Source: Phycisphaerae bacterium
Lineage (GTDB): Bacteria > Planctomycetota > Phycisphaerae > Sedimentisphaerales > Anaerobacaceae
Assembly: GCA_030615025.1 (NCBI GenBank)
Contig: JAUXAB010000013.1
Span: 3,655-67,654 of the forward strand
DNA: 64,000 nt
Reading direction: 5' to 3'
The position numbers and the translations under genes were made by a program. The notes under the pieces are model-generated. The model saw nothing but the letters and a program-made list of their open reading frames with translations. It had not been told where the DNA came from and made no database searches. This document shows, piece by piece, positions 29,646 through 39,445 of the stretch. Numbering within the stretch: position 1 is the stretch's first letter; each line of letters starts with the position of its first letter.

Positions 29646-31022
29646 ATGTTATTTCATACCTGGCCGTTCGTATTATTCTTCCTGATTGCATATCCGACCT
29701 ACCTGGCTCTCAAGCCAACCAGGTTTAGACTTCCCTGGCTTTTGGCTATCTCCTATTTTTTCTACGCATGTTTCAATCCCCTTTATCTGATTCTGATAGC
29801 ATATTCGACTATACTTGACTACTCAGTAGTTGCAATCATGGAAAAGAGCAGACGCAGAAAGGTGTGGCTGTCCATAAGCATAGTAAACAATCTCGGCCTG
29901 CTGGGCTTTTTCAAATACGCCGGCTTCATCACTGAGAACCTGAACGCTCTCTTATCGTCATTGAATATCCCTTATGTCATCCCCGCACCCGGCATATTTC
30001 TGCCTGTCGGCTTATCGTTCTACATCTTCCAGTCGATGAGCTACACCATAGATTACTATCGTGGTAACATAGAAAGGGAGAGGAGCCTCATAAGGTATGC
30101 CGCTTTCGTCTCGCTTTTTCCCCGGCTGCTGATGGGACCAATCGAAAGAGCCAGGAACCTGCTTCCGCAGCTACACAAGAGGCCCAGGATTTCCAAACAG
30201 GACATCACTGATGGCCTTTCCCTCTTCATTGTCGGGCTCTTCAAAAAAGTGGCCTTGGCGGACTACCTGGCTCTTTACGTGGACAAAGTGTATTCTGCTC
30301 CTGACCAATTTCAGTCGCCCGCCTTGATGCTAGCTACTTTCCTGTTTTGTTGGCAGATTTATTTCGACTTCAGCGGCTACACCGACATGGCGCGGGGCGT
30401 GGCGCGGATGATGGGCTTTCGCCTGATGCTGAACTTCAATAACCCATATTTAGCAACGAGTCTGGGTGATTTCTGGTCAAGGTGGCACATCAGTCTTTCT
30501 TCCTGGTTCAAGGACTACGTGTATATTCCCTTGGGAGGCAACCGCAAGGGGAAGTTTAACACTTACAGAAACATGTTTCTGACTATGGTGATTTCGGGAT
30601 TGTGGCATGGTGCGGCCTGGACTTTTGTCATCTGGGGCGCAGCGCACGCTCTCGGCCGCTTTTGCACGCGGGAGTTGGAAAGGACTTCGTTCTACAGGGA
30701 AAGAATACCCAAATTCGTCAAGCAACTGCTTGTGTTTGTCTTCGTCACCTTTACGTGGATTTTCTTCCGAGCGGAAGGTATCGGTGACGCATGGGTGATT
30801 ATAACGAGGATATTCACCTCCGGACTGGCAAATCCTTATTGCCCATTGCTGGCTTTGGCTTTGATTTTCTCTGTCTGGCTCTATCAGTTTGCTTATGAAT
30901 CCAGGGTTAAGTGGGTCCTTGAGCTGAGACCTGTGCGCATAGGAATCGTTGTTCTCATGGTTTTATACCTGGCCCTTTTTGCTCCCTCAGGTGAACAGCC
31001 GTTTATCTATTTACAGTTCTGA
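29646..31022 (+). CDS. MBOAT-family membrane O-acyltransferase (AlgI/DltB/PatA-like)
   Basis: MLFHTWPFVLFF start typical of AlgI-like proteins. Invariant-His region FWSRWHISLSSWFKDYVYIPLGGNRKG, and SGLWHGAAW. The track ORF starts at 29601 and overlaps the upstream gene, so 29646 is preferred. Confidence 0.85.
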   Translation: MLFHTWPFVLFFLIAYPTYLALKPTRFRLPWLLAISYFFYACFNPLYLILIAYSTILDYSVVAIMEKSRRRKVWLSISIVNNLGLLGFFKYAGFITENLNALLSSLNIPYVIPAPGIFLPVGLSFYIFQSMSYTIDYYRGNIERERSLIRYAAFVSLFPRLLMGPIERARNLLPQLHKRPRISKQDITDGLSLFIVGLFKKVALADYLALYVDKVYSAPDQFQSPALMLATFLFCWQIYFDFSGYTDMARGVARMMGFRLMLNFNNPYLATSLGDFWSRWHISLSSWFKDYVYIPLGGNRKGKFNTYRNMFLTMVISGLWHGAAWTFVIWGAAHALGRFCTRELERTSFYRERIPKFVKQLLVFVFVTFTWIFFRAEGIGDAWVIITRIFTSGLANPYCPLLALALIFSVWLYQFAYESRVKWVLELRPVRIGIVVLMVLYLALFAPSGEQPFIYLQF

Positions 31023-31047
31023 GCGGTTGCAAAAGAGGTGGTAGTTA

Positions 31048-32211
31048 ATGCAGAAAAAAGACATACTTGACTTGAAAATTCGAAATTCCGTGCCCGAAGG
31101 GCACGGCTCGGAAGTCCCTTACGGCTCCAATTGTGTGCGATTATCGGCGCGAGAGTGGCTCATCATTGGAATTATCCTCTCGGCATTATTCTATTTTGTG
31201 CCCACACTCTGGGAACGGATGGAGAAATTTGAGCCTGAGCCGGACTACCGCTTGCCTTACGTGTTAAGCAGCGACTATTGGTTATTCGACCGTTATTGCC
31301 GATGGGCCACTTCAGAGTACGAGACGCTTGTTATCGGGGATTCGGTCGTTTGGGGGCATTTCGTGTCCGAGCATAACACATTGTCACATTATCTCAACGA
31401 AGCTGTCGGCCAGGATCGGTTTGTTAACTTAGGTGTGGACGGCATACATCCGGTCGCATTAGCAGGGTTGCTGAGATATTATGGTAGGGATATCACCGGC
31501 AAGAGCGTTATTCTGCATTTTAATCCTTTATGGATGAGCTCCAGGAAGCAAGATTTGCAAATTGAGAAGGAGTTCCACTTCAATCATCCTAAGCTCGTCC
31601 CGCAGTTTATTCCAAGCATTCCTTGCTACAAAGATTCGTATTCCAGGCGGCTCTCCGCTGTGGTCGTGCGATATGTGCCTTTCTTGAGCTGGACTTCCCA
31701 TTTGAAGATTGCCTATTTCGAGAGTATGGACCTGCCCACATGGACACTGGAGCACCCTTACGAGAGTCCCTTAAAGGCTCTTACCCTGCAACTTCCCGCT
31801 TCTGAGAATGACGACCAGAACGAACATATTTCCTGGACCGAGAAGGGTATAATCAAAAAGGATTTCCAATGGGTTGAGCTTAAGACGTCATTGCAGTGGA
31901 AATCTTTTCAGCAGTCGATCGAGATGTTAAAGGCAAGAGACAACAGGATATTCGTCCTCGTCGGCCCCTTTAATGAGCACATGCTTAAAGGAAAGAGTAT
32001 CGACACTTATCGAAAGATGAAAAGCGAGATTAAGGCTTGGCTTCAGCGCAACAATGTCCCCTACTATATGCCTGAGGCATTACCCAGTGAGTTTTACCGC
32101 GATGCCAGTCATCCGTTGGGTGAAGGATATGCTGTGCTTGCCAAACAGCTCTCTGAAAATGAGTCTTTCAGGTCAAGTATCTTATCCATCAGCAACAATG
32201 GCACAGATTAA
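31048..32211 (+). CDS. Membrane-anchored SGNH/GDSL-like protein, probable partner of the MBOAT
   Basis: One N-terminal TM helix (WLIIGIILSALFYFVPTLW). GDS block LVIGDSVVWG. Sits 25 nt after the MBOAT gene, with SD GAGGTGG before the ATG. Family assignment is tentative. Confidence 0.55.
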   Translation: MQKKDILDLKIRNSVPEGHGSEVPYGSNCVRLSAREWLIIGIILSALFYFVPTLWERMEKFEPEPDYRLPYVLSSDYWLFDRYCRWATSEYETLVIGDSVVWGHFVSEHNTLSHYLNEAVGQDRFVNLGVDGIHPVALAGLLRYYGRDITGKSVILHFNPLWMSSRKQDLQIEKEFHFNHPKLVPQFIPSIPCYKDSYSRRLSAVVVRYVPFLSWTSHLKIAYFESMDLPTWTLEHPYESPLKALTLQLPASENDDQNEHISWTEKGIIKKDFQWVELKTSLQWKSFQQSIEMLKARDNRIFVLVGPFNEHMLKGKSIDTYRKMKSEIKAWLQRNNVPYYMPEALPSEFYRDASHPLGEGYAVLAKQLSENESFRSSILSISNNGTD

Positions 32212-33794
32212 GAGCTTATCCGAATAACCGGGTCGTTATGAGGCCGAGTCCCGATATATCGGGAAGGCCAAGGCGGCAGGCCAAAAATGCTCGGAGGCGT
32301 GGTTTTTTCCACGTTGAGAACGTTTTTGACCGACAACGCAGGCATCGGGCTTTGCAGCCGGCCGCAATAGAGCGGGTTATTTGGATAGGCTCTAAGGCTT
32401 TCGCCCAGGGCCACGGGCCTTACAAAAAAAAGCCCCTGCGAGGCAGGCACGAGTGTATTCCTTGAATTGCTTCTTTGTTATGTTTGAAATACTCGCCTTC
32501 TACTCGGCAGGGGCAAAACTAAACTGATAGCGGCTCTTTCCTTTATCCTTCTTAGCCTTGACTTGCTATGTCCGCATTACCATCTGACTTGTGGGCAATA
32601 CCCTTAAGGTGGACAACACAAGTTCAAACTAACATGGCCCTATTGGTCATTTATCAGAGCCGCTTATCTTATTCTCTCAATAGCGCATCGGCAGATTCTG
32701 TTCTTGTTCTTGAACCTTTTTATATGCCCGCGCCGCGGATGCTCTCTGCGGGTTTAACACAGGCAAAAATGCCACCGCTCTGAAAGCTTATCAGCCTTTC
32801 TACGCTACTCCAAATTCCCAACTTGATAGCTTTCCTCTATTCTCGCAGACTAACCAATTTACCCTGCTTAACCCCGATAATGAGGAATCTTCCTGGCAAA
32901 GATTTTTTTTAGCCAGGCAAAAAAATACAGGTATTTTTGCCTTTCCAATTTTGCTGCTCGGCTTGGGTGGGATGGTGGCGAGAAAAAGACACTAAAAGCG
33001 TCTAACAGAACCTCTAATACCTTGAGTATTCAACACAGCCGTCATTCCGAGCGAAGCGATACGCAGTATCGCGAAGTCGAGGAATCTGATAAAATGAACT
33101 TTTTAACAGACCCCTCGGCTTTGCTTGGGGTGACCATCAAGGAGTTTTGTTATAGGCTCTAAAAGAATCGGCTCTTTTTTCCCTTGACTTGCAGCCCAAG
33201 GAGAGACTACAATTCTGTCAAATTACACTTGGGCCAATTCTGAAAGCCTCGATTGTAAAAGCGAAGAAGTATCCGATTCTTGCTATAAGCTTGGCCGTGT
33301 GTTTACCGTAGTTGGCAATCATCTAAAAAGTTGGCAATTATCTAAAAAAGATATTGACGAGTATGATTTTTTGGGGATAATGGTGAATCCTTTAGTGTAA
33401 GCAAGGATGATATTAAAAGTTAAGTTTATTTATTTATTTTGAAAGGAGACGAATCACATGGTTTGCGAAGAAAAACCTCAGGTTCCGGAAGAGCCTCAAC
33501 AGGCACCGGCCGAAGCACCTCAAGAGGCACCATCGCAAGAGCCTCAAGATGCACCGGCAGAACCGGAACAAAGTTAGTATTGTTTTTGGGGATGGAGTCA
33601 GATGAGCAGTCTGGCTCCATCCTGTAGTTACAGTAGCCGGCTCAGTGCTCGCATTGTGCGCAATAGTGTTACACCAGAGACGCCAATCGCTCATATCTCA
33701 ATAGTCCGCAACTTTCGTTTATGACGGGTGTGTGCAATTGGAATCACGCTGTGGAAAATAGCGAGTGGCTCAAGCCCAAAAATAACAGGGGCCC

Positions 33795-36461
33795 CTACCA
33801 GGGAAATTCTTTCAGCGCCGTCCCTTTTGCCACAAAATAGACAGGCCGTTCTGACAGTGTCACATTATCGACTTTCAACTCATTGCCTTGCAAATCCACC
33901 GCCCGCCAGCGTTTTCCAGTCAGAGATATGTCCCTTCGCTCTGCGCCTTCTTCCATCCATGCGACAATTACTGTCCGCCCGTCGCTTTCGAAACCGTAGG
34001 CTCTTATCATTTCAGGGCCTTTGAGGGGACCAAGCGACTTTACCGGAGGCAAAAGCAAATTTGACATCGCCGACTGCGTTACTAACATCTTTCGGGGCGA
34101 CCCTGCCCACTCGAAAAAAATCCCCGAAAGGCTCTCATTGTTAAGGCTGCCTGGCGTGCCGGAGTGGTAGATGATTTTCTCCGCTCCATAAGCTAATAAT
34201 AGAGTGTTGAACTTGACCTGCCACTCGGCGGCTTCTATCTCGGAGTCGACCGGCTTAAGCCATGTGCTATGGTACGGCTCAAAAGGCTTGTCATCATCGG
34301 CATAGTATGCACCTTCGGTGAACCAGATAGGTTTGTCCGCTCCGGCAGAACGCATTCGCTCACGCAGCCGACGTAATGGTTCTTCATACACTTCAGGCGT
34401 TGTTAAGCCGGGGTAGGTATGCAGATTGAGGACATCTACCCAGCGCAGGCCGCCGGCGTCGATAAACTCTTTCGTGTAGGTAGTCGCGCTGCCGGCGATG
34501 CCCCCGACGACTAACGCATCAGGGTCAGCTTGTTTCACCGCCTCGTAGGCTGCACGCAGCAGCTCGACATAGTCCTCGACCCGATAACCTTTTCCCCGCG
34601 GCAGAGCGTACGAGGTATAAATAGGTTCGTTTAGTATTTCCCACACATGAAGCCGATTCCGGTGGTGTTGCACCGTTTTGCGCACGTAAGTGGCAAACTC
34701 CTCCAGATCCTGCGGCATGTAGGCTATCCGCTCCCTGCTGACGGGGTAGCGCTCGCTTATTTCCACCTCGGGTCCGGCGCTTGATGACCAATTACTGGAA
34801 GGGAAGGGCAGCAGCGGGAGCACGTTCAGACCTCGTTCCAAAACGCGGTTAATTTGGTAATCCGATTGTGTGAATTCGAATTTTCCCTCCTCCTGCTCCA
34901 CGTCGTGCCATTTCAGTGACCAGTCACGGAACCAGCAGAGACCGATTTGTTTGCTCAAATCTAATAAGTGCGGCCAGGGGTAAGCATGGTTCATTCCGAA
35001 CAAACTGTCTGACTTCGTGTAGGCCTCGATAACGGCGAAACGCATCGGCTGGCTAACTACTACTTCCGCACCTTCAGCGCGCAGGTGCAGGCGGTAAAAA
35101 CCCTTCTGTCGCACGTTGGGGTGAATGGGTACCCTCATCTTCTGACCCGGCCAAATGTCAACCCGAACGGCAGCTTCGTGTACGACGGCGTCATCGAAGT
35201 TCGTTGTACGCACGTGCAGCGTAACAGATCGGGGAACCTGCTCGGCGTTGAAAACTGTAGCAGTCATCTTCGGCTCATTGCCGTAAGGGAAAAGGTTTCC
35301 TAAGCGCTCCGTTTCTAACCCAACCTCTGCCCTCGTCCTTGGTCGGTAAGGTGTCGCATCAGAGCCTCTCTCTAACTGGACTCCGTCAATCCATACTGTC
35401 CCCGCATCTTGTTTCGATGCTTCTAAATCCAGGCCCAAGGCGGCGAAAACCTGTTCAGCCTGTGGTTGAAAGCTAAAAGTGTGCCGCTGCCATTTAGTTG
35501 TGAGTTCCACTTCCTGCCGCAAACTTCGTCGGAAGGCTTGCCGTATTGATAGCACTCCGACCGAACCTTTCGAATCAGCCTTCATGTAGGCGGACAGCGT
35601 GTAATCCGCGCCTGGCTCCACGGTAATCCAGCCCCGATTAGCCAGCAGCGGAGCTTTCACCGGCACACGGTAGAGTGGAAAATAATCGAAATAGAAGACA
35701 GGAATGGTTTTCGGCCTCAGAGCGATTTTGAAACTCGACCTATGAAACTTCCCGGTGGTGGTGTCCACCGTGCCCACGGGCAGATTCAAATTGCCTCCCC
35801 AACCGGGTAAGTCGGCAATGCTTCCCCAGCCACTCATCCCACACTCGAAGCTGCTATTGGGTAGAAGGTTCACAGCCGTAGTGGGCAAAACTACTTCCTT
35901 GAATCTTTTTGCTATTGGTTTGGATTGTACCAATCGAACGTTGTCCAGCCAGAAGCTTCCTGTTGACGTGTACCAGAATTGAAGGCGGACTTGCTCCGAG
36001 ATTGTCTCCGTGGCCCTGAAGACAAACTCAAATTCCTTCCACTTACGGTATACGCGGAAAGATTCCCGCAGGCCGCAGTTTCGCCAGGGTTTCATATTCG
36101 ATATAGCCACCTGAACCGCTCTGCTGGTCATATTCTCATGCTTGGCAGCAAAAGAAATCTTGTACCACTTACCTTTTTCCAGCCGCACGGTGTTCATCTG
36201 ACAAAGCATTACGTGGCTTGCCGGCGAAAGGCTCCTAAAGTGTGTGCAGTTAAGCTTCTGGCTAAACCGTCCCGCGAACCCTTTATCTCGCTTCCACGTA
36301 ACAGTTACTCCACTATCCCCTGAGAACTGCCAGGGTTCGGCCATACCATCACCATTCGTATCCTCCTCGAACCCTCCGTTCTTAACCATGTTTTCGTTTT
36401 GGATAGCGCTAACCGATGAAGCCATGAAAATAACTAACACGGTCACTAACAGATTTTTCAT
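33795..36461 (-). CDS. Secreted glycoside hydrolase (clan GH-A TIM barrel) with N-terminal CBM-like beta-sandwich domains
   Basis: Signal peptide MKNLLVTVLVIFMASSVSA. CBM4/9-style starts (NGGFEEDTNGDG..., NSSFECGMSGWG). Catalytic-type motif VWEILNEP within a FGMNHAYPW...WFRDW...TIM-barrel-like region. Confidence 0.7.
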   Translation of the reverse strand: MKNLLVTVLVIFMASSVSAIQNENMVKNGGFEEDTNGDGMAEPWQFSGDSGVTVTWKRDKGFAGRFSQKLNCTHFRSLSPASHVMLCQMNTVRLEKGKWYKISFAAKHENMTSRAVQVAISNMKPWRNCGLRESFRVYRKWKEFEFVFRATETISEQVRLQFWYTSTGSFWLDNVRLVQSKPIAKRFKEVVLPTTAVNLLPNSSFECGMSGWGSIADLPGWGGNLNLPVGTVDTTTGKFHRSSFKIALRPKTIPVFYFDYFPLYRVPVKAPLLANRGWITVEPGADYTLSAYMKADSKGSVGVLSIRQAFRRSLRQEVELTTKWQRHTFSFQPQAEQVFAALGLDLEASKQDAGTVWIDGVQLERGSDATPYRPRTRAEVGLETERLGNLFPYGNEPKMTATVFNAEQVPRSVTLHVRTTNFDDAVVHEAAVRVDIWPGQKMRVPIHPNVRQKGFYRLHLRAEGAEVVVSQPMRFAVIEAYTKSDSLFGMNHAYPWPHLLDLSKQIGLCWFRDWSLKWHDVEQEEGKFEFTQSDYQINRVLERGLNVLPLLPFPSSNWSSSAGPEVEISERYPVSRERIAYMPQDLEEFATYVRKTVQHHRNRLHVWEILNEPIYTSYALPRGKGYRVEDYVELLRAAYEAVKQADPDALVVGGIAGSATTYTKEFIDAGGLRWVDVLNLHTYPGLTTPEVYEEPLRRLRERMRSAGADKPIWFTEGAYYADDDKPFEPYHSTWLKPVDSEIEAAEWQVKFNTLLLAYGAEKIIYHSGTPGSLNNESLSGIFFEWAGSPRKMLVTQSAMSNLLLPPVKSLGPLKGPEMIRAYGFESDGRTVIVAWMEEGAERRDISLTGKRWRAVDLQGNELKVDNVTLSERPVYFVAKGTALKEFPW

Positions 36462-37004
36462 TTCTACCTCAATTTTTAGCCATGGATTTCACGGATTTTA
36501 GTTTTTTATTTTTTATTTTATCCGCGTAATCCGCGTAATCTGTGGTTAATTACTTTCTATTCGACTTCTGCAGAACAAGTTACTCACCTGCCTGCACCTG
36601 TGGTTGCCTGCACACGTTACGCAGGCACAGCTGAACCGACATTCCCACATGAGAAATGTCGCTAAAGGCAACGCATCGCATATTGTACGCTATTTTCGAA
36701 CCTTTCGCACCCCAAAACAAAGACCTACAACCTCGCGCTACGGCAGCCGCGTTTTGCGACGCGAGTCGCTGCGGCTCGTAGGCTCTTATTCATCGTGCGG
36801 GAACTTTCAGCTTTTCTTTATCCGATTTAGCGGGTAAAATGAATTGGCAAAGTTGAATTCGATTTTGGGTATTGTATAGTTCGAAAGTGAGACGTCGATG
36901 ACTGATGCTCGAGAAGGAAACAATAAACGCACAGGTGAGCACGAATCCCCTTCGACCGGCAGTTTTGGACTCAAGATGGGAGAAATTTGATTTAGAGCAC
37001 ACGC

Positions 37005-37229
37005 ATGGGTGATGTTACCCGCATTCTAATTGCAATCGAGCAAGGCGACGCTCACGCTGCGGATGAGCTGCTTCTGGTGGTTTATAAGGAACTGCGCCGT
37101 CTGGCCGCTCAGAAGCTATCGCAGGAGCAGCCTGGCCAGACGCTGCAGGCGACCGCTCTGGTCCACGAAGCCTACATCCGGCTGGTCGGGGTGGAAACGC
37201 AGAATTGGAGCAGTCGCGGCCCGCTATGA
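37005..37229 (+). pseudogene. N-terminal fragment (74 aa) of a TIGR02999-type ECF sigma factor
   Basis: MGDVTRILIAIEQGDAHAADELLLVVYKELRRLAAQKLSQEQPGQTLQATALVHEAYIRLVG...NWSSRG matches the characteristic N-terminus of this ECF family. Region 2 is incomplete and region 4 is missing. The frame ends at 37229. Confidence 0.7.
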
Positions 37230-37245
37230 GACGGCGAAGGCTTAT

Positions 37246-39129
37246 ATGCGTGTAGGCGACATCCATGATATACTCGGTGAGTATGAGCAGGAGATAGAGG
37301 CCTATCGTAACGCACGCCGGGCTTTTGAAAAGCTCGTCGATGAGTTCCCGCAAGCAGCCGATTACAGAAAGGAGCTCGCTGAGAGCAACAATAATCTGGG
37401 TTATTCCTATTGGCGTCTAAGTCGATACGAGGAGGCAGAGCAGGTCTTCAGGCGTGCAATCGATTTATCTCACAAGCTTGTAACTGAGTTTGGCCAAGAC
37501 CCCGCTTACCGGAAGGTACTATCTGACAGTTACCACGGACTGGGGGTTGTGGCAATGGACCAAGGCGAGCTTGACGAGGCGGAGCAGGCCTATCGCAGCG
37601 CCTTAGCCATCCGGGAGGAACTGGCCCGCCAGTCTCCCAATGTGCCCGAATACCGGTCAGACCTGGCTGCCACCCACAACAACCTGGCGATTGTGCTAAG
37701 TAAGAAAGGCGAGCTTAACAAGGTGGAACAAGCCCATCGCACCGCCTTAGCCATCAAGGTGGAACTGGCACGGGAGTTTCCCAATGTGACCGGATACTGG
37801 TCAGACCTGGCTATAAGCCACAACAACCTGGGGGTTGTGTTAGGGAAGAAAGGCCAGCTTAACAAGGCGGAGCAGGCCTATCGCAGCGCCATAGCCATCT
37901 GGGAGGAACTGGCCCGGGACTTTCCCAATGTGCTCGAATATAGTCATAGGCTGGCAGCAAGCCACTACAACCTGGGGATTCTGCTGAAAGACAAAGGCGA
38001 GCTTGACGAGGCGGAGCAGGTTTATCGCAGCTCCTTAGCTATCCGGGAGGAACTGGCCCGCGAGTCTCCCGATGTGCCCGAATACCGGTCATACCTGGCT
38101 GCCAGCCATAACAACCTGGGGGTTGTGCTAAAAGACAAAGGCGAGCTTGACGAGGCGGAGCAAGCCTATCGCAGCTCCTTAGCAATCCGGGAGGAACTGG
38201 CCCACGAGTTTCCGACTGTGCCCGAATATAGAGACGGTCTGGCAGAAAGCCACGGCAACCTGGGGGGTGTGTTAGAGAAGAAAGGCCAGCTTGACGAGGC
38301 GGAGAATGCCTTTCGCAGCGCCTTAGCCTTCTATGAGGAACTGGCCCGGGAGTTTCCCAATGTGCCCAAATATAGGGACAGTCTGGCAAAAATCCACAAC
38401 AACCTGGGGGTTGTGTTAGAGAAGAAAGGCCAGCTTGACGAGGCGGTGGAGTACTGTCGCAGCACCTTAGCCATCCGGGAGGAACTGGCCAGCGAGTTTC
38501 CCAATGTGCCCGAATACCGGCGCTGGCAAGCCGCGGCCCTCAATAATTTAGGCTTTCTGCTGAAGCAGGACAACAATCGGCTGGAGGAGACAAAGGACTG
38601 CTACCTCAAGGCCCTCAAGATTGCCCGGGGACTGGTGAACAAGCTGCCGCAAGTGCCTCCTCATTACCGCGAATGTTTGACCGACATTCTCTGGAACACC
38701 AACAACCTGGCCTGGCGCCTTGTCACAAGCCCTGATGTTAAGCTGCGCGACCCCACCTCTGCGGTTGAGTTAGCCGGGAAAGCAGTCCAGGCAGCGCCAG
38801 AGAAGGCAGCATTCTGGAACACGCTGGGCGTGGCGCACTACCGGTCAGGACAGTGGGAAGATACAATCACGGCGTTACGAAAATCAAGGGAATTGGGCGC
38901 AGGTGGCCACGAGGGGATTGATCTATTTTTCATAGCTATGGCTCACTGGCAACTCGGTAACCAGGACGAGGCCCGCAAGTTTTACGACCGGGCTGTCAAG
39001 TGGATGGAGAAAAAGCACGCCGGCACCAATGAAGAAGATAACCGCCGCTTCCGCGCCGAAGCGGCCGAACTGTTGGGCGTCTCTGAACAGCCGATTGGAA
39101 AGGAGGTGGTGCCTGAGCAGAACGAGTAA
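37246..39129 (+). CDS. TPR-repeat protein (probable remnant of a kinase-associated TPR protein)
   Basis: Regular 48-aa repeats (EAEQAYRSALAIREELAR.FPNVPEYR..LA.SHNNLGVVL..KG.LD). The first 72 codons of track ORF 37030.. overlap the sigma fragment out of frame and look non-coding. The first plausible ATG is at 37246. Confidence 0.6.
   Translation: MRVGDIHDILGEYEQEIEAYRNARRAFEKLVDEFPQAADYRKELAESNNNLGYSYWRLSRYEEAEQVFRRAIDLSHKLVTEFGQDPAYRKVLSDSYHGLGVVAMDQGELDEAEQAYRSALAIREELARQSPNVPEYRSDLAATHNNLAIVLSKKGELNKVEQAHRTALAIKVELAREFPNVTGYWSDLAISHNNLGVVLGKKGQLNKAEQAYRSAIAIWEELARDFPNVLEYSHRLAASHYNLGILLKDKGELDEAEQVYRSSLAIREELARESPDVPEYRSYLAASHNNLGVVLKDKGELDEAEQAYRSSLAIREELAHEFPTVPEYRDGLAESHGNLGGVLEKKGQLDEAENAFRSALAFYEELAREFPNVPKYRDSLAKIHNNLGVVLEKKGQLDEAVEYCRSTLAIREELASEFPNVPEYRRWQAAALNNLGFLLKQDNNRLEETKDCYLKALKIARGLVNKLPQVPPHYRECLTDILWNTNNLAWRLVTSPDVKLRDPTSAVELAGKAVQAAPEKAAFWNTLGVAHYRSGQWEDTITALRKSRELGAGGHEGIDLFFIAMAHWQLGNQDEARKFYDRAVKWMEKKHAGTNEEDNRRFRAEAAELLGVSEQPIGKEVVPEQNE
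37567..38574 (+). repeat. Seven tandem 144-nt coding repeats (TPR units)
   Basis: Unit starts at 37567, 37711, 37855, 37999, 38143, 38287 and 38431, with high nucleotide similarity between units. Confidence 0.8.
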
Positions 39130-39150
39130 GGTGGGCTTTGACCCATCGTT

Positions 39151-39176
39151 GTCATTCCGTGCTTGACACGGAATCC
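39151..39176 (+). terminator. GTCATTCC...GGAATCC hairpin after the TPR gene
   Basis: ATTCCGTG / CACGGAAT 8-bp stem with a 5-nt loop, 22 nt after the stop, followed by ATTTAAAAAA. Member of a dispersed hairpin family (also at 33041-33086 and 58081-58121). Confidence 0.4.
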
Positions 39177-39445
39177 ATTTAAAAAAGTGGCTGGTGAGCC
39201 TTATCTACCAGGCAAAGCACTCACCAGCCTGGCCCGACCCGGGCGGTTTGGTTTGCGCGCCCGGATCAAGGGCTGTTTAATTGTACCGCAAACCGAGAAC
39301 TAAAACAACATTGGAGGTAATGCCTATGGAAAAAACGTTGTACCCAACCAAAGGGACTGAATTGGGCAATGGATTGAGAAATTCTGGCGGCGGGCGGCGT
39401 TCGCCCGCGCCACGTACAGTAAAACCTTTTTTAGGAGAATTACAA

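Noticed and set aside
32714-32995. Frame ending ...NTGIFAFPILLLGLGGMVARKRH* that resembles a PEP-CTERM-type hydrophobic anchor with a basic tail.
   Set aside because: There is no start codon in the 94-codon open frame, no upstream coding continuation that I could follow, and no PEP motif. At most it is a decayed 3' gene fragment.
37030-37245. First 72 codons of track ORF 37030..39129 (MQSSKATLTLRMSCFWWFIRNCAVW...).
   Set aside because: They overlap the clearly homologous ECF sigma frame in another frame, and their Arg/Trp/Cys-rich composition looks non-coding. The TPR coding signal starts only after about 37222.
39281-39445. Upstream extension of the HAF-repeat ORF (MYRKPRTKTTLEVMPMEKTLYPTKG...).
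   Set aside because: The ATG at 39446 has a good SD (AGGAG) and immediately yields a canonical signal peptide. The extension has no such features.
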